Source of the DNA: Planctomycetota bacterium
GTDB lineage: Bacteria; Planctomycetota; B15-G4; SIAN01
Reading direction: 5' to 3'
Assembly: GCA_016872815.1 (NCBI GenBank)
Contig: VGYY01000003.1
Coordinates: forward strand, 1-47,244
DNA length: 47,244 nt
Positions 29,355 through 39,027 of the stretch are shown piece by piece. Under the pieces are notes generated by a model, which had not been told where the DNA came from, ran no database searches, and saw only the letters and a program-made list of their open reading frames with translations. Made by a program: the position numbers and the translations under genes. The stretch's first letter is position 1. Each line of letters opens with the position of its first letter.

Positions 29355-31916
29355 TCAGGAGGTCGGCGGCGGCGTGGTGGCGTCGGTGGCGGGGCGCTTC
29401 GGCTTCCTCGCGGCGACGAGATAGAGGATCGCCGCCAGCGCCAGGAAGCAGCCGAGCCCCCACCAGTTGTGGTCGTTCAGGAACGACCGGGCGTTCATCG
29501 CCAGCGAGCTCTCGTCGTAGAGCGTCGTCACGACCTTCGACTCGAGGTCGATGCCCGTCGATTGCAGCAACTGTCCGACCGTCTCGTCCGGTCCGGCGAG
29601 CCGGTTGGCGAGGTTGAGGTCGATGCGCTCGCCGCCGAACAGCCGCAGGTCCTCGCCCCAGGTGGTGTCGACCGGCACCTTCTGCAGCAGCGGCTGACCC
29701 GCCGCGTCCTTCATCTCGACGCCCGCCGCATCCTTCACCGGCTTGTCCAGCAGCACCGTCTTCGGCGTCAGCAGTGCGCAGGTCAGGATCGCGATCAGGG
29801 CGCCGCCCGCGATCATCCCGGAGCTGAACAGCACGCCCGGCGAGCTCTCCTGCTCGGCCTCGGTCAGCTGGGTCCGCTTGTCGGCCCACTTGCGCACGAG
29901 GCCGCCGAGGAAGATCGACGAGCTGGTCGAGATCGGCAGGTAGACGCCGACCGCGAACGCCAGCGCCGGCACGCCGCACAGCTCCATCATGATCGCGATG
30001 AAGACGCCGATCAGGACCAGTTCCCACGGCAGCGTCCCTTCGAGCACGCCGTCGATGATCATCTGGAACAGGCGCGCCTTGGGCGCGTCGAGCTTCGAGC
30101 CGAACTCCCGTTCGGGCGTGATGCCGTCCTCGGCGTACTGCACCTTCTCGGTGCCGCAGACGCCCGGATCCTCGCGGTAGGCGATCGCGCCGTCGGCCAC
30201 CAGGTAGCGCCCCACCGGCACCGCGACGCGGGCCGGATCGGCCGGGTCCATCTGCGCCCGCCGCACGAACAGCACGTCCCACTGCTTGCCGCGGAACTCG
30301 CGGTGCGCCTTCTCGATCTTGAGTTCGTCCTTGCGCCCGCCCGCTTCGTACTGCGCGACCGTCGCTTCGCTGGCAGCGAAGCCGCGGGAGTCGAACTTGT
30401 GGTAGCTCGTGTAGTTGTCGTTCAGGAACATCAGGGTGAAGCCGATCACGGCGGCGCTGGTGATGACGCCCCACGTGATGGCGAGCTGCTGCTTGCGCGG
30501 CGTGCCGCCGAGCAGGTGGCCGGTCTTCAGCGCCTGCGACGTGGTGCCACCGTTGCTGGCGGCGACGCAGACCAGCGCGGCGGTGCAGAGCGCCATCTCC
30601 TTGTAGGAGATGCCGGTCCACTTGACCGCCACGAACAGCAGGCAGGTGATCAGCAGCGTCGCCACCGTCATGCCGGAGATCGGGTTGCTCGAGCTGCCGA
30701 TCTCGCCGGTGATTCGGCTCGACACCGTGGTGAAGAAGAAGCCGAAGACGACGATCAGGATCGCCGACAGCCAGTTGATGCCGAGGATGTCGCGCTCGAT
30801 CAGCCCGCGGGTGAAGGCGAAGTTCGGCGCCCAGATGGCCAGCACCAGCGCGACGCAGCCGACCAGCACGAGGCCCATCGGCAGGTCGCGTTCGGTCCGG
30901 CGCGCGACGGCGCCGCGCGCGCCGCCGAGGCCGCCGAGTCCGCGGAAGAAGGCGCCGAGGATCGTCGGCATCGCCTTGGCCAGCGAGATCAGCCCGCCGG
31001 CCGCCACCGCGCCCGCGCCGATGTAGAGGATGAAGGCGTTGCGGATCTGCCCGGGCGACATGTCGCCGGCCCTGATCAGCTCGCCCTTCGCGTCGGTGAC
31101 GAGCGGCGACGTCATCTGGCCGCCGAAGAACTGCACGGCCGGGATCAGCACCAGGAACGACAGCACGCCGCCGGCCAGCATCACGAACGAGGTGCGCCAG
31201 CCGATGATGAAGCCGGTGCCGAGCAGCACCGGGTTGGTCTCGAAGCTGATCGAGCCGCCCTTGAACAGGGCGACCATCTTCCCCTTCCACGGGACCTGCG
31301 AGAGGATCCACTCCGGAGCCTCGGCGAAGAGCTTCCCGATCCGGCCGAGGTAGGCCCAGAGCACGCCGAAGAAGAGGCCGCCGAACAGCGCGCGCGCGCT
31401 CGACCCGCCCTTCTCGCCGACGATCAGCACCTGGGCGCAGGCCGTGCCCTCGGGGTAGAGCAGCTTGCCGTGCTCGCGCACGATCAGGCTCTGGCGCAGC
31501 GGGATCATCATCAGCGTGCCGAGGATGCCGCCGAGCAGCGCGATCATGGTGATGCGCAGCGCGTCCATCTCGAAGCCCATCAGGAGCAGCGAGGGGAGCG
31601 TGAAGGCGACGCCGGCGGCCAGCGACTCGCCGGCCGAGCCGGTGGTCTGGACGATGTTGTTCTTCAGGATCGTCGACTTGCCGAACGCCTTCAGGATCGT
31701 GATCGACAGCACGCCGATCGGGATCGAGGCGGAGGTCGTGAGGCCGACCTTGAGGCCGGCGTAGACCGAGGCGGCGGCGAAGACGATCCCGAGGATCGAG
31801 CCGAGGACGATCGCCCCGATCGTCGACTCGGTCATCTCCGTCTCATCGGAGACGTAGGGCTTGAACGTGGACGACGCGCCCGCCGCGTCGCCCGGAGTAC
31901 CCGGATTCGAGTTCAT
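29355..31916 (-). CDS. OPT-family oligopeptide transporter
   Basis: YAGLKVGLT, NNIVQTTGSAGES, LLYPEGTACA, IGSSSNPISGMT, LKTGHLLGGTP, FAVGVYLP, SGMIAGG. Confidence 0.95.
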   Translation of the reverse strand: MNSNPGTPGDAAGASSTFKPYVSDETEMTESTIGAIVLGSILGIVFAAASVYAGLKVGLTTSASIPIGVLSITILKAFGKSTILKNNIVQTTGSAGESLAAGVAFTLPSLLLMGFEMDALRITMIALLGGILGTLMMIPLRQSLIVREHGKLLYPEGTACAQVLIVGEKGGSSARALFGGLFFGVLWAYLGRIGKLFAEAPEWILSQVPWKGKMVALFKGGSISFETNPVLLGTGFIIGWRTSFVMLAGGVLSFLVLIPAVQFFGGQMTSPLVTDAKGELIRAGDMSPGQIRNAFILYIGAGAVAAGGLISLAKAMPTILGAFFRGLGGLGGARGAVARRTERDLPMGLVLVGCVALVLAIWAPNFAFTRGLIERDILGINWLSAILIVVFGFFFTTVSSRITGEIGSSSNPISGMTVATLLITCLLFVAVKWTGISYKEMALCTAALVCVAASNGGTTSQALKTGHLLGGTPRKQQLAITWGVITSAAVIGFTLMFLNDNYTSYHKFDSRGFAASEATVAQYEAGGRKDELKIEKAHREFRGKQWDVLFVRRAQMDPADPARVAVPVGRYLVADGAIAYREDPGVCGTEKVQYAEDGITPEREFGSKLDAPKARLFQMIIDGVLEGTLPWELVLIGVFIAIMMELCGVPALAFAVGVYLPISTSSSIFLGGLVRKWADKRTQLTEAEQESSPGVLFSSGMIAGGALIAILTCALLTPKTVLLDKPVKDAAGVEMKDAAGQPLLQKVPVDTTWGEDLRLFGGERIDLNLANRLAGPDETVGQLLQSTGIDLESKVVTTLYDESSLAMNARSFLNDHNWWGLGCFLALAAILYLVAARKPKRPATDATTPPPTS

Positions 31917-31982
31917 GGGGGCGGCATCATGCCGGCGGTTCCCCGGGAAGAACATCGCGCGCCCGCGGCGCCGCGGGCGCCG

Positions 31983-33644
31983 TCACTCGCGCTGCAGCAC
32001 CAGCACCCAATCCTGCGGCGACGGAACCGGCGGCGTGACGAAGCGCTCGACTCCGGTGACCGTGCCGAGCGGGAACCGGCGGCCCGCCGCCGGGTCGAAC
32101 CAGAACGCCGTGTGGCGGACGGTCGGCTGCAGGCCGCGCAGCTCGAACCCGCTCCAGTCGTAGATCCGGCGCTTCGGCAGATAGGCGACCACCAGTTCGC
32201 CGCGAATGCCGGCGGCGAAGAGGCCGGCATCGACCCACTCCGGGTGCGGTTCCATCCGCTGCCACGGGAGCTCGAGGAGCAGTCGCTTGCCGAGTCCGAG
32301 CTGAGTCGCCCCCGGAAACGCCATCCCCTCGCGCCAGGGGGTCCAGTCGTAGACCGGCGTGATCCCCGGATCGCCGGCGACGCTGGCGTGCCAGATCCCG
32401 GCGGCGCCGTAGGTGTGGCCGGCCGCCCCCGACAGGACGAGCGTCCAGAACAGGTGGCGCTGGAGGTCCTCGAAATTCGACTGCATGTGGCGCTCGTAGC
32501 ACGCCTCGCCGCACAGCGCGGGACGAGTCGGCGACTGCGATCGCGTTCGACGCAGCAGCTCGAGCGTCGCCTGCGCAGTGCCGAAGCCGTCGTGGCCGAT
32601 CGCGATCAGGTCGAAGTCGAAGCGGTCGTTGCCGGCGGCGATGGCGGTGCGCGGATCGGCGGGCGCGTGGTAGGTGAGCGGGCGGTCGAACGGGTCGAGG
32701 GCGCGCACTTCCTCGGCGAGCGCGGCCCACGGACCGTTGCCGTCGCTCGCCTCGCCGCCGAGGATCCAGACCACCGGCCACGAGCCGAACCGCGCGATGA
32801 GATGGCGCCAGTGCCGCCGGTAGCCGTCGAGCCCGACCTGGTCGATCGTCGAGCGGCCGCCCTCCTGCGGCCGGCCCCAGCCGCCAACGATCGCCGGCAC
32901 GATCCCGTGGTCGAGCAGTTGCGCGAGTCGTCGCTCGGCGGCGTCGAAGTAGGCCGGGTTCACCGCGCGGAAGTCGGCCGCCGCGTAGGGCAGTCCCGCT
33001 TCGTTCGCCGAGCGCGGATCGAGCAGCTCCTCGTCGGGATAGGGACCGCAGACGATCTGCACCACGTTGAACCCCTTCGCCGCGCGGTCGGCGCAGAGTT
33101 CCCGGAAGCCGTCGGCATCGAGCCGCTTGCACAGTCCCTTCCACCAGGTGTCGCCGAGCCAGAAGAACGGTGTTCCATCGGCGTGCTCGAAACGGCGCCG
33201 GTCGGCGGCGATCCGCAGCGGGCCGTGGCGCCAGAGCGGATTCGCGCCGGTCGCCGGCGTCACCTCGAACGACCCGACTCGTCCATGCAGGCCGGCGTCA
33301 TCTGGGACGCTGCACTCGCTGCGCCAGCGATGGACGCCGACCTGCGGCGAGGCGTAGCGCGCCTTCCACGTCACCCCGCCGGCGAAGAAGGCGGGCACAC
33401 GCAGCCGCGAGCCGTCGGGCGCTTCGACGACGATCTCGAGCTCGACGGCCGCGAACGGCTCGGGGTGCTCCCTCTCGGCGACGAACGCGAGCTCGATCGG
33501 CCGATGGGAAGCGATCCGCGGCACGTCGCCATGGCCGGCGATCGCGGCGCTGGCGGACCCCGCGACGCCGAGCGAATAGAGAGTGACGATGCGCGCCGCA
33601 CCCGCGCCCAACCGGAACAACTGTTCCTGGAGCAATTGTTCCAC
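31983..33644 (-). CDS. DUF5060/DUF4038 apiosidase-like glycoside hydrolase
   Basis: N-terminal PAFFAGGVTWKARY domain; DGTPFFWLGDTWW, KGFNVVQ, WILGGE, GEACYE, GHTYGAAGIW; C-terminal WFDP...DWVLVL. Confidence 0.85.
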   Translation of the reverse strand: MEQLLQEQLFRLGAGAARIVTLYSLGVAGSASAAIAGHGDVPRIASHRPIELAFVAEREHPEPFAAVELEIVVEAPDGSRLRVPAFFAGGVTWKARYASPQVGVHRWRSECSVPDDAGLHGRVGSFEVTPATGANPLWRHGPLRIAADRRRFEHADGTPFFWLGDTWWKGLCKRLDADGFRELCADRAAKGFNVVQIVCGPYPDEELLDPRSANEAGLPYAAADFRAVNPAYFDAAERRLAQLLDHGIVPAIVGGWGRPQEGGRSTIDQVGLDGYRRHWRHLIARFGSWPVVWILGGEASDGNGPWAALAEEVRALDPFDRPLTYHAPADPRTAIAAGNDRFDFDLIAIGHDGFGTAQATLELLRRTRSQSPTRPALCGEACYERHMQSNFEDLQRHLFWTLVLSGAAGHTYGAAGIWHASVAGDPGITPVYDWTPWREGMAFPGATQLGLGKRLLLELPWQRMEPHPEWVDAGLFAAGIRGELVVAYLPKRRIYDWSGFELRGLQPTVRHTAFWFDPAAGRRFPLGTVTGVERFVTPPVPSPQDWVLVLQRE

Positions 33645-33659
33645 TTCGTCGCCGGGGGG

Positions 33660-34643
33660 CTACTGCTCGGCCTTCGGCTTCTCGCCCTTGGTCGGCGGCG
33701 GCAGATAACGGCGGCCGTTGTTGGGGTTGTCGCGGTCGAAGGCGAAGGCGTCGCGGTTGTCGAGGAAGTGCTGCACGTAGTTGATCGGGATGGCGAAGTT
33801 GAGCCCCTCGCTGAAGAGGAGCTTCCACGCCACCACGCCGACCACCTCGCCGTTCTTGTTGAAGAGCGGGCCGCCGCTGTTGCCCGGGTTCACCTGCGCG
33901 GTGGTCTGGATGTAGACGAGGCCCTCGCGCTCGCGATTCGTCGTCGAGACAATCCCCTCCGACACGCTGCGCTCGAGCCCCTCCGGCGCGCCGACGGCGA
34001 AGACCGCCTGCCCCTGGCGCACGGAGTCGATGTCGCCGAGGTAGACCTTGGTCAGCTTGGTGTCGCCGAGCTCCTCCGGCTCGATCTTGAGCAGCGCGAG
34101 GTCGACCTGCGGGTTGATCGCCATGATCTTCACCCGCTCGTAGACCTTCCGCTCGATCTGCGCGCCGGCCTTCTTGTAGACCGTGACCGTGACCTCGGTC
34201 TCGCCCTGCACGACGTGGGCGTTGGTCACGATCCAGCCGTCCTCGCTGACGATGAAGCCCGAGCCGAGCGAACTCGGGTTCTTGATCAGCACGACGCCCT
34301 CGCCGAAGGTGTCGACCGCCTCGCGCACCGAGATCTCGGGCAGCGCCTTCTTCGCGTAGATGCCGCGCCGCGTCTCGGCGCCCGCCGCCGCACCCGCCGC
34401 GTCCGCGTCGTCGGTGCGCCGATCGAGGATCTGCGCGCGCGGCACCGTCAGCACCGTGAAGCCGAGATCGACGTGCAGCGCGTCGGCCGTCTCCTTCAGG
34501 ATCGGCCCCTTCACGATCGCGCCGCCCGACAGCACCAGCTCGTCGCCCCGCGCCGGGACGGCGAGCGTCAGCGCGAGCAGCGCCGGCAGCGCGCCGCGGC
34601 GGAGCCGCGATCCGACCGGTGCGAGGAACGGGATTCGTGACAT
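33660..34643 (-). CDS. Exported trypsin-like serine protease (S1C-like, no PDZ)
   Basis: Signal peptide; triad motifs TNAHVV, DLALLK and NPGNSGGPL. Confidence 0.9.
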   Translation of the reverse strand: MSRIPFLAPVGSRLRRGALPALLALTLAVPARGDELVLSGGAIVKGPILKETADALHVDLGFTVLTVPRAQILDRRTDDADAAGAAAGAETRRGIYAKKALPEISVREAVDTFGEGVVLIKNPSSLGSGFIVSEDGWIVTNAHVVQGETEVTVTVYKKAGAQIERKVYERVKIMAINPQVDLALLKIEPEELGDTKLTKVYLGDIDSVRQGQAVFAVGAPEGLERSVSEGIVSTTNREREGLVYIQTTAQVNPGNSGGPLFNKNGEVVGVVAWKLLFSEGLNFAIPINYVQHFLDNRDAFAFDRDNPNNGRRYLPPPTKGEKPKAEQ

Positions 34644-34761
34644 GGGGCCTCTCCGGCCCGCGTCCGTGCGACGCGGGTCGGCGGCAAGGGTACAGTGCCG
34701 CCCCCCTTCCGATCCGCGTGCACCGTTCGCTGCGGTCGCCGCTGCCCGCCGGAGTCCGCTG

Positions 34762-37113
34762 ATGCCCGCCTTCCCGCGCCGACCGTTCGCGCTGGCCCTC
34801 GCGCCGCTGCTGCTGCCCGCCGCTGCACCGGCGCCCGCGGTCCGCGGCGTCCCGCGCGCCGAGGAGTACGGCTGGACCGGGCTGATCAACTCGCGGCTCA
34901 ACGACGGCTGCTTCCGGCTGCTGGCGGCCGACGTCGATTCCGATGGCGACACCGACCTCGCGCTCATCAACAACCCGAAGGCGCGGCTCGACTTCCTGCT
35001 GCAGCGACAGCCCGGCGAGGCGCTGCGCGCGTCGCAGGCGACCGAGGCGGGCGACGGCGCCAACGACTTCCCCGACGAGGTCCACTTCGAGCGCGAGTCG
35101 TTCCCGACCGACCAGAAGGTCAGCTCGCTGGCGATCGGCGACCTGAACGGCGACGGCCGCAACGACCTCGCCTTCGTCGGCGACTCGCAGAAGCTGACGG
35201 TCGCCTTCCGCGGCGCGAAGGGCGGCTTCGGCGAGCGCGTCCGCTTCGATCTCGACGAGCTGTCGAACGTGCCGCAGTCCCTGCGGCTCGGCGACCTCGA
35301 CGGCGACGGCCGCGCCGACGTGCTGGTGCTGGGCAAGAAGAAGACGCAGCTCTTCCTCCAGGGCGCCGACGGCCGGCTGGCCGAGGCGGCCGAGCTGCTG
35401 AACGCCACCGCCTCGCCGGACGGCTTCGCCATCTGCGATCTCGACGGCGACCGCAGGAATGACCTGCTCTACGTCAAGGCCGAGGCGGACGCGCCGCTGC
35501 GCTTCCGCCTCAATCGCGGCGGCGGCGAGCTGGGCCCCGAGCGGCTCTTTCCCTTCACCGAGATCCGCCAGTACGCCGTGACCGACCTCGACGCCGACGG
35601 CCGCGTCGACATCGCGGCGGTGCGACGGCGCAGCGGGCGCGTCGCGCTGCTCGAACTGGCGGCGGCCGGCGCGGCGCCGAAGGCGGGCGAGATCGCGCTG
35701 TCGTCGCCCCGGCTGGTCGCCTACGCGACGCAGAAGGACGAGAAGGCGCGCGACGAGCTGCTGGCCGACCTCGACGGCGACGGCCGGCCGGAGCTGCTGG
35801 TCTGCGAGCCCTCGGCGGCGCGTCTCGTGCTGCATCGCGGCGATCCGGACGGGCTCGCGAGCCGCGGCGAGGCGTGCGCGAACCTGGTCGGCGCGCGCCA
35901 GCCGCGGCTGGTCGATCTCGACGGTGACGGTCGTCCCGAGCTGGTGGTGGCCGCGCCGGAGGAGGGATCGTTCGGAGTGGCGGTGCTCGACGCGACCGGC
36001 CGGCCGGGCTTCCCGGAGACGCGGGGTTACAAGGGGGAGACGTTGCTGGCGCTGGATGCCGCCGACCTCGACGGCGGTGGCCGGAGCAGCCTGGTGGGGC
36101 TGGTGGCGACCGGAAAGGCGGCGGCGAAGAAGTGGTCGGTGCAGCTGCTCGCGGGCGGTTCGGCGCAGGTGCTGCCGGCGCAGGTCGAGCTGCCGAGGCT
36201 CCCGACCGACCCGAACGATCTCTGGCTGATCGACCTGAACCGCGACGGCCTGCGCGACGCCTTCGTCTCGATCCCGACCGAGCTGCCGAAGGTGCTGCTT
36301 GGCGCGCGGTCCGCCGAGGGCGCGTTCAGCTTCGTCGCCGCCGAGACCGGCGACGCGGCCGGGCTCGGGGTGGTGAAGGGGGTCGCGCGCTCGGCGATGT
36401 GGCATGGCGATGCCGACGGCGATGGGGCCGTCGAGCTGCTGGTGCCCGGCCCCAACTTCGCGCGGGCGCTGACGTTCGACGACAAGGGGGCGCCGAAGGT
36501 CGTGGCGCAGTGGAACCTCGAGGAACCGAGCGCGAAGGTCGGTGCGGTGGCGGCGGGCGACCTCGACGGCGACGGCAAGCCCGAGGTGATCGTCCACGAC
36601 CGGTCGACCCGCTCGCTGCGCGTGCTGCGGCAGGTCGACGGCACGGCGAAGACGGTCGCGCGGGTGGAACTCGGTGACGTCGAGCCCCGGGCGCTGCGCG
36701 TGGCCGACCTCGACGGCAACGGCCGCCAGGACATCGTGCTGCTCTGCGCCGACCGGTTCGCCGTGGTGCAGGCGGGCGTCGCCGACGCCTCGTTCGTCGA
36801 GACCGACGATTTCGAGAGCCCGCTGAAGAACGCCTTCCTCGACCAGCTGGCGTTCGGGGACGTGAACGGCGACGGGATCACCGACGCCGTGATGACCGAT
36901 TCGAACAAGCACCTGATCACCGTCGCCGCCCATGTCGACGGCGAGCTCGCGCACGTGCTGCAGTTCCCCGTCTACGAGGAGAGCATCTTCGAGCGGGACG
37001 GCGGCGGCGGGCGCGAGCCGAGAGAGGTGGTGATCGCCGACGTGACCGGCGATCGGAAGCCGGACCTCGCGATCCTGGTGCATGACCGCGTGATCGTCTA
37101 CCCGCAGGAGTGA
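34762..37113 (+). CDS. Large FG-GAP/VCBS repeat protein
   Basis: GGAG RBS, signal peptide, and about 14 DxxGDG-type repeats, consistent with two propellers. Confidence 0.85.
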   Translation: MPAFPRRPFALALAPLLLPAAAPAPAVRGVPRAEEYGWTGLINSRLNDGCFRLLAADVDSDGDTDLALINNPKARLDFLLQRQPGEALRASQATEAGDGANDFPDEVHFERESFPTDQKVSSLAIGDLNGDGRNDLAFVGDSQKLTVAFRGAKGGFGERVRFDLDELSNVPQSLRLGDLDGDGRADVLVLGKKKTQLFLQGADGRLAEAAELLNATASPDGFAICDLDGDRRNDLLYVKAEADAPLRFRLNRGGGELGPERLFPFTEIRQYAVTDLDADGRVDIAAVRRRSGRVALLELAAAGAAPKAGEIALSSPRLVAYATQKDEKARDELLADLDGDGRPELLVCEPSAARLVLHRGDPDGLASRGEACANLVGARQPRLVDLDGDGRPELVVAAPEEGSFGVAVLDATGRPGFPETRGYKGETLLALDAADLDGGGRSSLVGLVATGKAAAKKWSVQLLAGGSAQVLPAQVELPRLPTDPNDLWLIDLNRDGLRDAFVSIPTELPKVLLGARSAEGAFSFVAAETGDAAGLGVVKGVARSAMWHGDADGDGAVELLVPGPNFARALTFDDKGAPKVVAQWNLEEPSAKVGAVAAGDLDGDGKPEVIVHDRSTRSLRVLRQVDGTAKTVARVELGDVEPRALRVADLDGNGRQDIVLLCADRFAVVQAGVADASFVETDDFESPLKNAFLDQLAFGDVNGDGITDAVMTDSNKHLITVAAHVDGELAHVLQFPVYEESIFERDGGGGREPREVVIADVTGDRKPDLAILVHDRVIVYPQE

Positions 37114-37118
37114 TGTCG

Positions 37119-39023
37119 ATGGCGTCGCGAAACCGGTTGGCGTTGCTGCCGTGGCTCTGCGTGGCGGTGGCGCCGGCGCCGGCGCAGGAGAGCGGAGCCG
37201 CGGACGCGCAGGACGCGGCGGCGCCGGCGGCAGCCGCGCCCGCGGTGGCTGGCTACGAGCACTCGGTGCCGGGCAACGTGCTGCTGTACGCCGGCGTCGA
37301 CTCGTTCGACCAGTTGCTGGCCGACTTGGCAGCCTCGGCGTACGGGCGGCTGCTGCAGGACGAGGCGGCGAAGCCGGTGCGTGACGCGTTCGCGCGGTTC
37401 CTCGAATCGCTGGCGGCCGCCTCGAAGGAGGAGAGCGGATTCGACTTCGTCGACGCCACCAGGAGGATCGACGGGCGGATCGGCTGGTCGCTGAGCGGCG
37501 ACCTCGACCGGGTGCAAGACACCGAGATGGTGGTGGCGCTCGAGTCGAGCGAGCACGCCGCCGAGCTCCATGCCCTGGCGATGGCGGCGGTCAACACGCA
37601 TGTCGAGCGCGGCGACGCGATCTTCAAGAGCGAGGCGATCGGCACGCGCGAGGTGGTGCAGCTCACGCCGATGGACAGCGCGGACAAGGGGCGCTTCCGG
37701 ATGGGCGTGGTCGGATCGACGATGGCGCTCGGCATCGCGACCGGCGCTGCCGTCGACGGCGATCAGTACATGCGCTTCGTCCAGGCCCTCGACGGCGAGG
37801 GCGGCGAGTCGCTCGCGATGCGTCACGACTTCGCGCAGTCGCTGGCGGCGCGGGCCGGCGGCGTGAAGTTCTGGCTCGACACCGGCCGGGCGGTGCGTGA
37901 GCAGATGACGCCGCCGGCGGCCGATGGCGCGGAGTCGCCCGACACGCGGCTGACGCGGGCGCTCGGGCTCGACCAGCTCGGCGCGCTGTCGGCGCGATTG
38001 CAGCTCGATGCGTCGGAGATGCGGCTCGACGCACAGCAGACGTGGACGCCGGTCGGTCTGGCCAAGGTGCTGACGGCATTCCTGTCGGGGGGCGAGCACG
38101 CGCTGCTGACGCTGGTGCCGGCGGAGGCCGCGACCGCGATCTCGCTGCGGCTCGACCTGCCGGCGGGGCTCGACGCGGCGGAGGCGCTGGCGAAGGAGGC
38201 GGGGCTCGGGTCGCTGTTCGGCGAGCCGGCGGCGGAGGGGGCGGCGCCGGGCGCCGAGGCCGAGGAGTTCCATCCGCGGCGCGACCTGCTCGATCACCTC
38301 GACGGGCGCCTCGCGCTGAGCGTGGTCGAGGTTCCGGAGGACGAGTCGCTGATGGGCATCGGGATGCAGGGCGGGCCGTCGGTGAACACCGCCTTCATCC
38401 TCGGCGTGCGCGACGCGACCGCGCTGGCGGCCTCGCTCGACCGGATGTTGCGCAAGCAGGGCATGCACGCGGCGCGGCGCAAGAGCGAGTTCGAGGGGTA
38501 CGTCGTCTACTCGCTGCCGCTCGGCATCCTGACCGTCAACTACGCGATCGTGGACGACTTCATGGTGGTGTCGCCGTCGCCGACGCTGCTGCAGGACGTT
38601 CTGCGCCGGAAGAGCAACCGTGAGCTGCCGAGCCTCAGGACGTCACCGGCGTTCATGGCGAGCTTCGACGCGCTCGCGGCGGCGCCGGCCCTCGCCGTGT
38701 GGAGCAGCACGACCAGCGACGTCATGGAGGGGTTGCGCGGGGCGATGCTCGGTGAGGGGATCGACCCGGCCTACGTCGAGGGCGACGAGGAGGGCGGGGC
38801 GTTCGGCGGCGAGCCGGGCGGCGATGAGGCCGACCCCGTCGGCGCGCTCGAGCCGGACGAGCGCGGCTCGTCGGGCGGCAACCTCGAGTCGCACGCCATG
38901 GCGATGATCGACGCCTTCAGCGCCCTCGATCCGAAGCTGCTGCTCAAGTACCTCCCGGCCGGCCAGCTGCTCGCGCTCCGCTGCGACCAGGCCGGCGCCC
39001 ACTTCGAGATCGTCGCGCGCTGA
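37119..39023 (+). CDS. Exported hypothetical protein (DUF3352-like)
   Basis: AGGAG RBS overlapping the upstream stop; signal peptide; two related halves (VPGNVLLY / LVPAEAATA). The family call is tentative. Confidence 0.6.
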   Translation: MASRNRLALLPWLCVAVAPAPAQESGAADAQDAAAPAAAAPAVAGYEHSVPGNVLLYAGVDSFDQLLADLAASAYGRLLQDEAAKPVRDAFARFLESLAAASKEESGFDFVDATRRIDGRIGWSLSGDLDRVQDTEMVVALESSEHAAELHALAMAAVNTHVERGDAIFKSEAIGTREVVQLTPMDSADKGRFRMGVVGSTMALGIATGAAVDGDQYMRFVQALDGEGGESLAMRHDFAQSLAARAGGVKFWLDTGRAVREQMTPPAADGAESPDTRLTRALGLDQLGALSARLQLDASEMRLDAQQTWTPVGLAKVLTAFLSGGEHALLTLVPAEAATAISLRLDLPAGLDAAEALAKEAGLGSLFGEPAAEGAAPGAEAEEFHPRRDLLDHLDGRLALSVVEVPEDESLMGIGMQGGPSVNTAFILGVRDATALAASLDRMLRKQGMHAARRKSEFEGYVVYSLPLGILTVNYAIVDDFMVVSPSPTLLQDVLRRKSNRELPSLRTSPAFMASFDALAAAPALAVWSSTTSDVMEGLRGAMLGEGIDPAYVEGDEEGGAFGGEPGGDEADPVGALEPDERGSSGGNLESHAMAMIDAFSALDPKLLLKYLPAGQLLALRCDQAGAHFEIVAR

Positions 39024-39027
39024 ACGG

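Noticed and set aside
28314-34640. 2108-aa plus-strand ORF and other very long ORFs (940..3921, 24490..27423, 33298..37083, 42856..45642)
   Set aside because: Antisense or off-frame shadows of clearly recognisable genes; Arg/Ala/Pro-rich with no motifs, as expected at this GC content.
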